In this document: positions 21,100-29,946 of the stretch, one piece after another
Layout of the letters: each line of letters begins with the position of its first letter
Numbering within the stretch: the stretch's first letter is position 1
IMG/VR virus record: IMGVR_UViG_2519899780_000005
DNA from: a virus
Taxonomy: Duplodnaviria > Heunggongvirae > Uroviricota > Caudoviricetes
Reading direction: 5' to 3' (one strand)
DNA: 47,693 nucleotides
Position numbers and translations under genes: made by a program
Notes under the pieces: model-generated
What the model saw: the letters and a program-made list of their open reading frames with translations, nothing else
Database searches by the model: none
Told to the model about the DNA's origin: nothing

Positions 21100-22684
21100 G
21101 TGGTGTTGTCTCCTCTTCCGGCCTGCGACTCTCCGCTATCTGCTGCTGATACGCCTGCGCTATCCACACCGGACGTGAGAGTCCGGCTTTTTCCCGCTCT
21201 GCAGATTCCCTGACCTGCTGGCGGAAAATGTCCTGATAATCCTCGCCCATCAGCGCCAGCTCTTTCTCATACGTGCTCAGTCCGGCCTCAATGCGCATCA
21301 CTGATTCCTGAACCTCCTTGAGCCCGTCAATGGCCATTCTTCCGGCTCCAATCCACTCAGCCCGTGACCAGGCTGATCGCGCCTGATAAAAATCAAAACG
21401 TGCCCGTGGCGGACGAATAATCCCCCGAAGAAGTGCCTCTTCCAGCCAGCAGGAAAACATCTGCGTGGCCAGCCGGGACGCAATAAATTTTCGCCGCCCC
21501 ATAAAATAGCGCCACGACTCATTGGCGGATGCGCGGGCACTTGAATAACTGACCTTCGAGTAATCACGGGACAACTGTTCGTAGGAAACGCCAAGACCGG
21601 CGGCGATATACCGCAGCAGCGCCTGTTCAAGCGCCGAAAATCCATTGTCTGAATCCTGCGCGGTCTGAAGTTTCAGATCATCACCGGGGAAAAGGTGCGG
21701 AATTTTGACACCGCCCAGCGTCACGCTATTCGTGTCATACCAGGTGGAGAACTTATCCAGAATATTAATAAGCGGATTATCCTTCTGCCCCTGCGGCGCA
21801 CCGGCGATATATTCAAAGGCCTTTTCGGTATCAAGGTCACTTTCAATCGTCGCTGCATACATCGCCTTCACTATGGCCGACTGAAGCTGTGTTGCCTGCA
21901 GGGAATCGAGCATCTTCAGCCGTTCCATTACGCTGTAAAACTGATTGGCCCCACGGGTCTGCCCGTCCTCCACCGGCTCGAAAATATGCAGCATGGCCGG
22001 ACGCCCGGTGGGAAGTTCACGCGGGATCCGTTCCCATCGTCCACTCCCGGAGCGAGGAAAATCATCCTCACAGATATGGTACGCAACGGCACGACCATAT
22101 CGATCGACCTCCACACCGAGCTCCGCAGAAAACGGTTCCCCATACCGGTGTCCTGGCGTGTCCACCCGTTTCGGACTCACGGCTTTAAAACGCGTACGAA
22201 ACAGTTGCGTGCTCTCCGTATCCCAGACCGGCTGCACAAAGATTTCGCCGTTAAACGCATGAACGCCCACACCTTCACGGATAAATTCCGTAAACGTGCG
22301 TTTCCCTTCTACGTCGATCTCGCCAAACATCCCTTCGGCGTATTCCGACCAGGCCGCCTCCACCTCATCGACAAAACTTTTTGCCGCAGTCTCCCGCATC
22401 CCCAGCCAGCGCCAGTTCGGACGGTAGCTGATCAGAAACATATGCCCGACAATATGATCCTTATGCAGGGCCACCGCATTAGCCGCTATCCCGTTATTGC
22501 GCACCAGATCATCTGCCCGGGCATTCCCCAGACGCAACGCAGGCAGCAGGGCTGCATCGGCACTCTGCGCCGGTGGCAACCACTCCGCCATTTGCCCGCC
22601 AAATCCTGCGCCGCCCCCGTTGTAGCTGAGACTCTCACGAAGCGGAACGCCGTTCACATCAATCAGGACAGGCGTTCGTTTCAT
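21089..22684 (-). CDS. B: Portal protein B
   Basis: 531 aa; position between W and C; size matches lambda gpB. Confidence 0.95.
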   Translation of the reverse strand: MKRTPVLIDVNGVPLRESLSYNGGGAGFGGQMAEWLPPAQSADAALLPALRLGNARADDLVRNNGIAANAVALHKDHIVGHMFLISYRPNWRWLGMRETAAKSFVDEVEAAWSEYAEGMFGEIDVEGKRTFTEFIREGVGVHAFNGEIFVQPVWDTESTQLFRTRFKAVSPKRVDTPGHRYGEPFSAELGVEVDRYGRAVAYHICEDDFPRSGSGRWERIPRELPTGRPAMLHIFEPVEDGQTRGANQFYSVMERLKMLDSLQATQLQSAIVKAMYAATIESDLDTEKAFEYIAGAPQGQKDNPLINILDKFSTWYDTNSVTLGGVKIPHLFPGDDLKLQTAQDSDNGFSALEQALLRYIAAGLGVSYEQLSRDYSKVSYSSARASANESWRYFMGRRKFIASRLATQMFSCWLEEALLRGIIRPPRARFDFYQARSAWSRAEWIGAGRMAIDGLKEVQESVMRIEAGLSTYEKELALMGEDYQDIFRQQVRESAEREKAGLSRPVWIAQAYQQQIAESRRPEEETTPRET

Positions 22685-22887
22685 AACCTCACTCCCAGCG
22701 GACGACGGCGACGTCGGGTTGTCCCCAGTACCGACTCCGCATCATTGATCGCCCGGTTAAGCTCATCCAGAGAAGCCGCCGTATATTCAATTCTGCGACC
22801 ATCTTTCTGGACAGACACCACCCGTTTACCGGTTAATAAATCAAGGCGCGCCTGACGCAGCGCCTGTAGTTCAGCGACTGTAACCAT
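22681..22887 (-). CDS. W: Head-tail joining protein W
   Basis: 68 aa, same length and position as lambda gpW. Confidence 0.85.
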   Translation of the reverse strand: MVTVAELQALRQARLDLLTGKRVVSVQKDGRRIEYTAASLDELNRAINDAESVLGTTRRRRRPLGVRL

Positions 22888-24799
22888 TCACTCCTCCGGA
22901 CAGCTTCGCTGCCAGTTCTTTAAGGGTTGGCCGGGTCGTCTCTTCTTCCCGGGATTTTGCCAGTACAGCCAGATCAAGCTGCCAGCGTTGCACGGACACA
23001 CGTAATGCCGCATAGGCATACACCAGGCAGTCCAGCGCTTCGTTACGCCGCTTTTTGTTATCCCACAGCAGACGCATCTTTCCTTTTTCCCACTTCTCCA
23101 CAAGCTCTTCCGCCACCAGTTGCTGCGCCTCTGTCTGCGAAAAAATCTCCGGATCATCAGGAAAACGGATGGCATACGACGTGGCTTCATCCGCAGGCGT
23201 GGGATCGGCTTTCATACGGGCATAGAGAATTTCTTTTGCGGTGTCCGTCCCCACTTCACACAGATACACGCCCCGCTGATTGCGGGTTTTCGGCATGGTG
23301 ATCACCGGCTTGCCATAGACAGATGCGCCTTTTACCGGCAGCACCCGGAAAACACCGTGTTTTTTTGACCTCTGATAGACAATTTCACCATCGATCCCCC
23401 CGGTGTCCCAGCAGACACGGGAAATGGTCATTTCGGTTCCGTCTGCATGGCAGTATTTTTTGTTGATCGCCGCATCCACACGTAACAGCGTCTCTTCCTC
23501 ATCGGGACGGCCCATAATGATGATTTTATCCACCAGAAAAGCTTCCTCTCCCGGTGCCCATCCCCAGACATACATCTCAAAACGGTTTCGCTGCGAGTCA
23601 ATGCCCGCCGTCAGATAAACCACCCGGGCTGGCACCGCCGCCGTGTAATGCACGACCTTATCCATCAGTACCTGGTGATCGAGTTTTTCGCCCACGGCCT
23701 CTTCCCAGGTCTCGCCCAGCGTGGTGTTCACAAAGGTTTTCAGGCCGTTGGGATCTTTCAGTGCATCCAGCCAGTCATAGACTATCTGTACCCAGGTGGT
23801 GAACGGACTGTACGCCGTCCAGATATGGAACGTGATGGAGCGCGGCGGCGGAATTTCATTATCCGCGGCGCTGAAAAACGTCAGACCGTCACGGGTCCAC
23901 ATCCCCGTGTTTTCACAGATCCACCGCCCGTTGCTCTGGTCAAGCTCAGACTGATGGATCACGCAGCCATGATGTTCACAGAGGTAGAAAACGCTTTCGG
24001 GGCTGTCCTTCTCCCATTTAAGGCCAAAAGGCGTGGATTCATCGCCAAATTTCAGATACTGCTCCTCCCCACAGTGTGGGCAGGGCACATAAAAACGCAT
24101 GAAATGCGCCGACTCGTTGGCCGCTTTTTCGATCTGGCAGGTGCCTTTGATTTTAGGCGTCGAGCCGCGAATGGATTTGGGCCATACAGAGCCCTCAATA
24201 CGTTTATCCCCAAGCAGGGTTGGCGAACCCTCTTTTTCGACATCCGGTTCGAACGAGGAAAGTTCGTCATAGCAGACCACGTCCACGGATTTTTCACGGT
24301 AGTTTTTAGCGGCAGCCCCGCCCAGGCACCAGAAGCCCACGCCCGATGAAAAACGTTTCAGCGTGAGGGTATTATCACGATGTTTACGCCCAAACCACGG
24401 TGCAAGATCGAGTAAAACCGGCACATCCCTGATCGTGGGTTCCACATGAGATTTCATAAAATCTTCAGCAGCAGAATCCGTGGGCTGGAAAAGAAGGCTG
24501 TTGCGTGATTTATGCTCAATAAAATAAGCCTCCACTCCCAGCAACATCTTTGTATAACCAACACGGGCAGATTTAATCAGATTAACAGTGCGGATCCGGT
24601 CATTCCCCATGCTGTTCATGATGGCAACCTGAAACGGCAGTGTTTCCCACCGCCCCGGGGTATAAGACGACTCTTTAGGAAGGTAATAATGTTTATTGGC
24701 CCACTGAACTGTCGTCAGTGGAACAGGAATAATGAGAGATAAAAGCCCTGTTGCTATCGCACCGGCTGCATTAGCTGCCTTCTGCGCGTCTGAAATCAT
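22871..24799 (-). CDS. A: Terminase large subunit A (likely start MISDAQKA…; ORF-track start is 24841)
   Basis: Extensive identity to recalled lambda gpA (…[17 protein letters not shown]…, …[14 protein letters not shown]…). Confidence 0.95.
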   Translation of the reverse strand: MISDAQKAANAAGAIATGLLSLIIPVPLTTVQWANKHYYLPKESSYTPGRWETLPFQVAIMNSMGNDRIRTVNLIKSARVGYTKMLLGVEAYFIEHKSRNSLLFQPTDSAAEDFMKSHVEPTIRDVPVLLDLAPWFGRKHRDNTLTLKRFSSGVGFWCLGGAAAKNYREKSVDVVCYDELSSFEPDVEKEGSPTLLGDKRIEGSVWPKSIRGSTPKIKGTCQIEKAANESAHFMRFYVPCPHCGEEQYLKFGDESTPFGLKWEKDSPESVFYLCEHHGCVIHQSELDQSNGRWICENTGMWTRDGLTFFSAADNEIPPPRSITFHIWTAYSPFTTWVQIVYDWLDALKDPNGLKTFVNTTLGETWEEAVGEKLDHQVLMDKVVHYTAAVPARVVYLTAGIDSQRNRFEMYVWGWAPGEEAFLVDKIIIMGRPDEEETLLRVDAAINKKYCHADGTEMTISRVCWDTGGIDGEIVYQRSKKHGVFRVLPVKGASVYGKPVITMPKTRNQRGVYLCEVGTDTAKEILYARMKADPTPADEATSYAIRFPDDPEIFSQTEAQQLVAEELVEKWEKGKMRLLWDNKKRRNEALDCLVYAYAALRVSVQRWQLDLAVLAKSREEETTRPTLKELAAKLSGGVNGYSR

Positions 24800-25319
24800 C
24801 GATCCACCCGCCCACGTTTTCACCGGCCTTAGCTGAAACATTGGAGGCTTTCGCGATTTCAGTTTTCACCACATCAAGGTGTGATGGTGAAATGTCCGGA
24901 TATTTACGCTGTAATGTCAACGGCACACGCACAAGTATCCCCGAAATCTCCTGTGCCACACGTTGCAGAATGAAGGTAAACAGTTCAGTTTCCAGCACTA
25001 CTCCGTCTTCACGGGCATTTTTCAGTTCCTGCGCATCTGCCTGCGCTTTTGTGAGCCGGTAGCGTTCATAGTCAATGGTGCCGGGTTGTAAATCTGACTC
25101 CGCTGCCGCACGCAAATCGTCCAGTTCTTTGCGGAGCTTTTCGTTTTCGATATCAGTTTCCCTCTGCGCATACCACTGAATTGCCATGGCAGTATCAAAT
25201 ACAGATTCAATGCCCTTACTACCTTTGGAGGCGCAAGGGAGTCCCTGAGACTGCCAGCGTTCAATCGTCCGCGGGTCCACGTTGAAAATTTCGGCAAGCC
25301 TCTTTTTATTAACCTTCAT
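24771..25319 (-). CDS. nu1: Terminase small subunit Nu1
   Basis: [28 protein letters not shown]… matches recalled lambda Nu1. Confidence 0.95.
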   Translation of the reverse strand: MKVNKKRLAEIFNVDPRTIERWQSQGLPCASKGSKGIESVFDTAMAIQWYAQRETDIENEKLRKELDDLRAAAESDLQPGTIDYERYRLTKAQADAQELKNAREDGVVLETELFTFILQRVAQEISGILVRVPLTLQRKYPDISPSHLDVVKTEIAKASNVSAKAGENVGGWIDDFRRAEGS

Positions 25320-25345
25320 GAAAACAACCCATTATCAAATACAAG

Positions 25346-25393
25346 GCCCGACATGAAAACGCCAGAAAAAGGCATTTTCGGACACTTTCATGT
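25346..25393. promoter_or_regulatory. cosB-like inverted repeat between cosN and nu1
   Basis: ggcccgacatgaaa…tttcatgtcggacc inverted repeat, analogous to the terminase-binding region of lambda cos. Confidence 0.5.
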
Positions 25394-25495
25394 CGGACCT
25401 TTACGGATGCAATATTAAAAAAAACAAAAAGTTATATTCGAGAAGTACCGACACGATTTTCCCTGAAAAATTTTCATAAATAGTGAAAAACCGCG

Positions 25496-25507
25496 AGGTC
25501 GCCGCCC
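25496..25507 (-). other. cos: cosN cohesive-end sequence (GGGCGGCGACCT on the minus strand)
   Basis: Minus strand reads gggcggcgacctcgcggtttttcactatttatgaaaattt, near-identical to the recalled lambda left end. Confidence 0.8.
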
Positions 25508-25719
25508 CGTAACCTGTCGGATCGCCGGAAAGGACCCACCAAAAATGATAATGATTGTCAAATACGTTTATCACACTGATATTCAGAATCACTACTGAAA
25601 GACTCCCTTTGTGGTGCGCGAGGGATGCGCATAAAAAAACCACCAGCAAATGCCAGTGGCTAAAGATATTCATTGCGAATAACCATCACAAAACAACTTA
25701 ACTCGTGAGGGTAGAAATT

Positions 25720-26124
25720 TTACTCGAGGCCAAATTTCTTCTTTAAATAGGCCTTCGTTAACTCCAGCCCAACATCTTTGATTGTACTCAAAGGGGCATC
25801 GCTCATTGACTTTAATTTCTCAAAAACCGTAGGTTCATTTAATGCCTGGGCGAATTCTTGTCCCTGCGCAGATAGTCGCACGTCGGTACCCATATCTAGC
25901 ATATGGCCACAATGGCGCATGTAGCCCAGTTTAGTTATGTCATCCGTTATTAGATCTTTATTACTGATATAACCTTGCTCAATAAGAAGTAGATAATGAA
26001 ACATCCCTTCATTCGAGCAGATATCGTACCCCGCATTAGCTAAGTCTTTTGTAGATATAAAGGGAGTTTTCGCTTTCAAAAATACCTCAAGCATCCCCTT
26101 CATGTATTCTAAATTTTTAACCAC
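25720..26124 (-). CDS. Hypothetical protein (134 aa), AT-rich moron, GTG start
   Basis: Strong SD (AAGGAGG) 5 nt upstream of the GTG; AT-rich; no family recognised. Confidence 0.55.
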   Translation of the reverse strand: MVKNLEYMKGMLEVFLKAKTPFISTKDLANAGYDICSNEGMFHYLLLIEQGYISNKDLITDDITKLGYMRHCGHMLDMGTDVRLSAQGQEFAQALNEPTVFEKLKSMSDAPLSTIKDVGLELTKAYLKKKFGLE

Positions 26125-26259
26125 AAAAACCTCCTTAGGATAATTGGAGGTCTAGAATACCGTTTGCAAGCACGTTGATAAATCATTATCACAGGCACTC
26201 AATGAATGCCTGCTGTAATTGCGTACGGTAATGAACGTAAAAAACCGCCCGAGGTATAT

Positions 26260-26484
26260 TTAGACATTAGATGGCGCTTTGTCAGTATAGACCCGGTACG
26301 CCCTGACAAACATCCCGTTACATTCAGAGTCCGCCTTGATATACGCCAATTCGTAACCCCGATGCTTTAGCTCTTCACGAGCTCTTTTCTCTTCCTTAGC
26401 CATGAAGTTAAGATCTTTAATTTCTGAGTAGGTATATGTTCCCACTATAAAATCTCTGCCTGGCCGTCCATTTATCAGTTCCAT
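26260..26484 (-). CDS. Hypothetical small protein (74 aa, MELINGRPGRDFIV…)
   Basis: ATG preceded by GGGAGG; ORF-track version has a longer TTG-initiated extension to 26550. Confidence 0.5.
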   Translation of the reverse strand: MELINGRPGRDFIVGTYTYSEIKDLNFMAKEEKRAREELKHRGYELAYIKADSECNGMFVRAYRVYTDKAPSNV

Positions 26485-26577
26485 GTGTCCTCCCAAAAAG
26501 TTGGTAGTCAGAACATACCATGCTAAGCGAGGTGAAAGCACCTTTATCAAGCCCCCCGCAGATAGACTTTGTAATGG

Positions 26578-26865
26578 CTACTTCTTCAGAAATGATTCGA
26601 TGAACTCACGCCGGGGATGACGATAGTTCAGAATATCTTCTGGCATCCTCATAAAGCGGTTGTTGCCGTCTTTGGCAGTAACGAAACAGCAGTGAACTCC
26701 GCAGACATCCGTTTTGATCGTGTCGCCATACTCAAAAAGCAACTGCGCCATCTTCTCTTGCCATTCTTGCGGCATAGCCTCCATGAATACTCTCGGCATC
26801 ACGCAGAACGACGCATGCGTCAGGCCAAACCACAATTGCAGGTCTTTACGATATTCTTCATCCAT
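26578..26865 (-). CDS. Hypothetical protein (95 aa)
   Basis: Complete ORF between spanin genes and cos; modest RBS; no family recognised. Confidence 0.45.
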   Translation of the reverse strand: MDEEYRKDLQLWFGLTHASFCVMPRVFMEAMPQEWQEKMAQLLFEYGDTIKTDVCGVHCCFVTAKDGNNRFMRMPEDILNYRHPRREFIESFLKK

Positions 26866-27083
26866 CGTCTTTACCTTTGTTGCAATAAAAAGCCCCGCGA
26901 ATGCGAGGCTAAATCCTGGTGTTTGTGATGACTGGCTCTTATCTCAACGCAGCCCCTTACCGCGCGCAAGATGCTCAATATCAAGCATCAGCAATGAGAT
27001 GTTAAATCTGGATTCACTCCAGAAGTGATCACCACCCTGTCTACAGAGCCAGATGTGAAGGATGATGAGTAAAATTATCGCTA

Positions 27084-27551
27084 TCATCGAAGGCATTGCG
27101 TCCTGATGTATTCCTGAAGCGTTCTCAGTGCTGTTTGGTCGCGGATAATTCCGTCCCGGATACCGAGAACGTTTCGTCCAGCAACTGGAGAGAGTTCGAC
27201 GGTGGCATCATTGCCCATGCCGGAGGCGCTGGAGGTTTCGGCTGAGGATGGCACAGGGCATTTTCCTTTGACGAGCACCCTGCCACCATTATCAAGCTTG
27301 CGACGAAGAGCATCATTTTCAGCTTTCGCATCAGCTAACTCCTTCGTGTATTTTGCATCGAGCGCAGCAACATCACGCTGACGCATCTGCATGTCAGTAA
27401 TTGCCGCGTTCGCCAGCTTCAGTTCTCTGACATTTTTGTCGCGCTGGGCTTTGTAGGTAATGGCGTTATCACGGTAATGATTCAGCCCCAGACTAAGCAC
27501 ACCACAGGCTACCAGCAGGACAATAATCACCACACACAGAACACGGTTCAT
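27084..27551 (-). CDS. Rz: Inner-membrane spanin Rz (start at MNRVLCVV)
   Basis: N-terminal TM segment then coiled-coil (…[47 protein letters not shown]…); contains the embedded Rz1 frame. Confidence 0.85.
   Translation of the reverse strand: MNRVLCVVIIVLLVACGVLSLGLNHYRDNAITYKAQRDKNVRELKLANAAITDMQMRQRDVAALDAKYTKELADAKAENDALRRKLDNGGRVLVKGKCPVPSSAETSSASGMGNDATVELSPVAGRNVLGIRDGIIRDQTALRTLQEYIRTQCLR
27125..27331 (-). CDS. Rz1: Outer-membrane lipoprotein spanin Rz1 (embedded in the +1 frame of Rz)
   Basis: Lipoprotein signal LIMVAGC followed by Pro-rich mature region [11 protein letters not shown]. Confidence 0.8.
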   Translation of the reverse strand: MRKLKMMLFVASLIMVAGCSSKENALCHPQPKPPAPPAWAMMPPSNSLQLLDETFSVSGTELSATKQH

Positions 27552-27552
27552 A

Positions 27553-27639
27553 TCACCACCAACGGATTGTCCAGACCAGAACAGCAATGGCCACAATACG
27601 AATGGCAAATGCCATTGCCCGAATAAGTTCAGCACTCAT
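27553..27639 (-). CDS. Tiny hydrophobic ORF d (28 aa, [28 protein letters not shown])
   Basis: Single predicted TM helix; its stop overlaps the Rz start (tggtgatATG); homologous to the TM segment of ORF c. Confidence 0.3.
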   Translation of the reverse strand: MSAELIRAMAFAIRIVAIAVLVWTIRWW

Positions 27640-27650
27640 CTTTTTAAAGT

Positions 27651-27773
27651 TCACGATTTCAGCGCAATGACCAGTTTTGCCAGCCCATACAGCATCGGAG
27701 ACACAGCAATACCAACAGCCACCCACTTAATAGCAAAAGCCAGCGCTCTGCTGATGTCATCAGTCACTGTCAC
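27651..27773 (-). CDS. Tiny hydrophobic ORF c (40 aa, GTG start, …ISRALAFAIKWVAVGIAVSPMLYGLAKLVIALKS)
   Basis: C-terminal part of track ORF 27651..27923; GTG start overlaps the stop of ORF b. Confidence 0.3.
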   Translation of the reverse strand: MTVTDDISRALAFAIKWVAVGIAVSPMLYGLAKLVIALKS

Positions 27774-27901
27774 CCCAGCAGCCCCGACGAAGACAACATC
27801 ACCCAGGCGAGGGACAGAAAAAGAGCAACCAGCATTAGTGAAAATGAAATACCGACAATCACACACAGGACCTTTGCCGGCGTTATGAGTTTGTCTGACA
27901 T
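27770..27901 (-). CDS. Tiny hydrophobic ORF b (43 aa, MSDKLITPAKVLCVIVGISFSLMLVALFLSLAWVMLSSSGLLG)
   Basis: ATG preceded by AAGGGG; below the 60-aa cutoff so absent from the ORF track; hand-translated. Confidence 0.3.
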   Translation of the reverse strand: MSDKLITPAKVLCVIVGISFSLMLVALFLSLAWVMLSSSGLLG

Positions 27902-27903
27902 AG

Positions 27904-27999
27904 CTACCCCTTAATTGCCACAATTAACTGGGATACTACCCATAAAAAAGGGATGCTCCAGACCAGCAAAAATTTCCAGTTTGGTAATTGACTAATCAT
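27904..27999 (-). CDS. Tiny hydrophobic ORF a (31 aa, MISQLPNWKFLLVWSIPFLWVVSQLIVAIKG)
   Basis: ATG preceded by GGGAG; the longer track ORF 27904..28116 would have to read through a terminator hairpin. Confidence 0.3.
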   Translation of the reverse strand: MISQLPNWKFLLVWSIPFLWVVSQLIVAIKG

Positions 28000-28065
28000 G
28001 AGTCGCAACTCCCTAATCAGTTTGCTAAAATCAATCAAGGCAGCCTCCCATAGCTTACTGCCATA

Positions 28066-28105
28066 AAAACAAAACCCCGCTTGCTGCCAACAAACGGGGT
28101 TTTTA
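28066..28105 (-). terminator. Rho-independent terminator immediately downstream of the endolysin gene
   Basis: Minus strand aaaaCCCCGTTTG-ttggcag-CAAGCGGGG-ttttgttttt: 9-bp stem, 7-nt loop, T-run. Confidence 0.6.
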
Positions 28106-28193
28106 CTTTTATTCACTTACATTTTGCCAGTTCGCAGGATTTCGTGTTATCCGTCCGCCTTGGCCAACGTCATTTATTAGCAAAATATTCTGC

Positions 28194-28727
28194 TTATCTG
28201 TCGATTCCCCAGCACGCCAGCGCGCTCTCCTGGTCACGACGGGATACCTGACCGTAACAGTTATTTGAGCGAATACGGCAGTCTCTGCCACCGTCCTTAA
28301 TCCACCAGCGAATCGCCTCACATGCTCCCCTGCGATCACCAGCATTAATTCGTCTGTAAAACGTCGACGGGAAACACTTACCGGGACCAATGTTGTACGG
28401 ACAGAATGACGCGATCCCCGCTTTCTGGGGTTCGGTCAATGGCACTCTGATGTTTTTCTCCACCCATGCCAGCGCCTTATCACGTTCGATGGCGTTAACC
28501 TGGTCGCATTTCTCCTTCGACAACTTCATGCCCGGGACGACAGGTTTACCATCCACCAGAATGGCACCGCGACAGATGGTCCAGATACCCGCGCCATCAC
28601 GGTATGCCGTGGTGTGGTTACCTTCCTTTTCATCCAGAAACTGGTCGAGAATGTCAGGCGCAGGCGCACCAGCGGCAATCAGCGCCAGAACGGCAGCCGA
28701 CAGGCCGTATTTGATTTTGGTGTTCAT
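28194..28727 (-). CDS. R: Endolysin R (lysozyme with N-terminal signal-anchor, SAR type)
   Basis: 177 aa; N-terminal hydrophobic segment; position in the lysis cassette. Confidence 0.9.
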   Translation of the reverse strand: MNTKIKYGLSAAVLALIAAGAPAPDILDQFLDEKEGNHTTAYRDGAGIWTICRGAILVDGKPVVPGMKLSKEKCDQVNAIERDKALAWVEKNIRVPLTEPQKAGIASFCPYNIGPGKCFPSTFYRRINAGDRRGACEAIRWWIKDGGRDCRIRSNNCYGQVSRRDQESALACWGIDR

Positions 28728-28769
28728 GGATATTTATCAGGATTTATCGGCAACAGATAACGAGCCAGC

Positions 28770-29576
28770 TTATATACGTCCTTTAAGATAAGTCAGTCCT
28801 GGATGAAACCAGTAAGCCGGCACTTTTTTAAAGGGCGGATTATCAAAATCACGAAGAAGAGCCTCCCGCACAACTGCATCCTTGTCCGCACCACTGGCCA
28901 GCGCTTCAATCTCAGCAGCTATCTGCAGATATCCCATGCAACGGCCAACGCGCTTCATCAGCCCCTGCTTTTTATTGTTCTTCAGGTAATCAATGGCAAA
29001 TTCAATGAGCGCCTCACTATGCTGGTGCGATGGCGGTGTTAATTTCCCATTTTCTGAGATGGTTATTTTCCCGCCATCTCCGTATACAACAAAGGATGGC
29101 CGGTTACACTCCCATTCCTGATCTTTATCAGGTGCAGACGCAATAAAATAACGTTTATTTCCTTCCTCTCCGGCACTTTTAACCGTAATGGAGTACTCAG
29201 ACTGCAGACAAGACGCCTCTTTTTCTGACCGCAGTGTTGACGGCGGCATCTTCAGAGAACCAGTAATTCTTCCCGGTAGCTTTCCTTTGTAGGTTATCAA
29301 CACATCCTGCGCCTCTAAAATTATGGGGCGCTTTTCCGGCAACGGTTCGTTCCCTTCACATAACCCGGCAGCAACATCCATGAAAAACTGCTTCGCCTGC
29401 TTTTTCGCCTCAGCTTCGTAAAACTCCAGCGTGGCACCTTCAGTACGGTCAAGACTAATCGCCACATCTGGCAACAACAGTGACGGATACCCACCAATTT
29501 CCAGTGCCACAGTAACAGTAATCTTATCCGGATAATTATTTATCCCTTTAACACCCAGTTCGTATTTTTTCTTCAT
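28770..29576 (-). CDS. Hypothetical 268-aa soluble protein inserted between holin and endolysin
   Basis: ATG 4 nt after the holin stop with GGGGGAG SD inside the holin 3' end; ends 42 nt before the endolysin start; no TM or signal peptide; no family recognised. Confidence 0.6.
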   Translation of the reverse strand: MKKKYELGVKGINNYPDKITVTVALEIGGYPSLLLPDVAISLDRTEGATLEFYEAEAKKQAKQFFMDVAAGLCEGNEPLPEKRPIILEAQDVLITYKGKLPGRITGSLKMPPSTLRSEKEASCLQSEYSITVKSAGEEGNKRYFIASAPDKDQEWECNRPSFVVYGDGGKITISENGKLTPPSHQHSEALIEFAIDYLKNNKKQGLMKRVGRCMGYLQIAAEIEALASGADKDAVVREALLRDFDNPPFKKVPAYWFHPGLTYLKGRI

Positions 29577-29580
29577 CGCT

Positions 29581-29796
29581 TTACTCCCCCCGCGCCGCCT
29601 TACGACGGTCCTCTCTGATTTTGAAATACAGGTTAGTCAGATATGTCAGCAGCCCAAACAGCAGACTCCCCAGCACGCCTATTGCCGCCCACTGAGACGG
29701 GGAAACCCTGTCCAGCAACTGCAGGAACCAGTAGCCCGTTCCCACCGCTGACGTGGTGTATGACACACCTGTTGTGATTTTTTCCATCTGGTACAT
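29581..29796 (-). CDS. S: Holin S (71 aa, dual-start motif MYQM)
   Basis: [29 protein letters not shown]… with two TM segments and charged C-terminus; recalled similarity to Stx-phage holins. Confidence 0.9.
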   Translation of the reverse strand: MYQMEKITTGVSYTTSAVGTGYWFLQLLDRVSPSQWAAIGVLGSLLFGLLTYLTNLYFKIREDRRKAARGE

Positions 29797-29946
29797 ACCC
29801 CGTCTCCCGTTATCCGGAAGCTGACAACAATAAAAAAAGCCACCAGTTAAGTACTGATGGCTCTGATAACTCATGCAGGCATCTCAGACGACCCACTGAC
29901 ACTACCGGTGAGTTTAACGATACCTTCCATTTGACTGGCTCACTTT

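Noticed and set aside
21695-22855. 386-aa plus-strand ORF antisense to portal B
   Set aside because: Antisense frame within a conserved portal gene; Arg/His-rich and implausible.
25401-25673. 90-aa minus-strand ORF spanning the cos region
   Set aside because: Runs across cosN and the cosB inverted repeat, which are non-coding packaging signals; AT-rich low-complexity translation.
28109-28390. 93-aa minus-strand ORF overlapping the endolysin 3' end
   Set aside because: Alternative frame inside the endolysin gene that also runs through the terminator hairpin.
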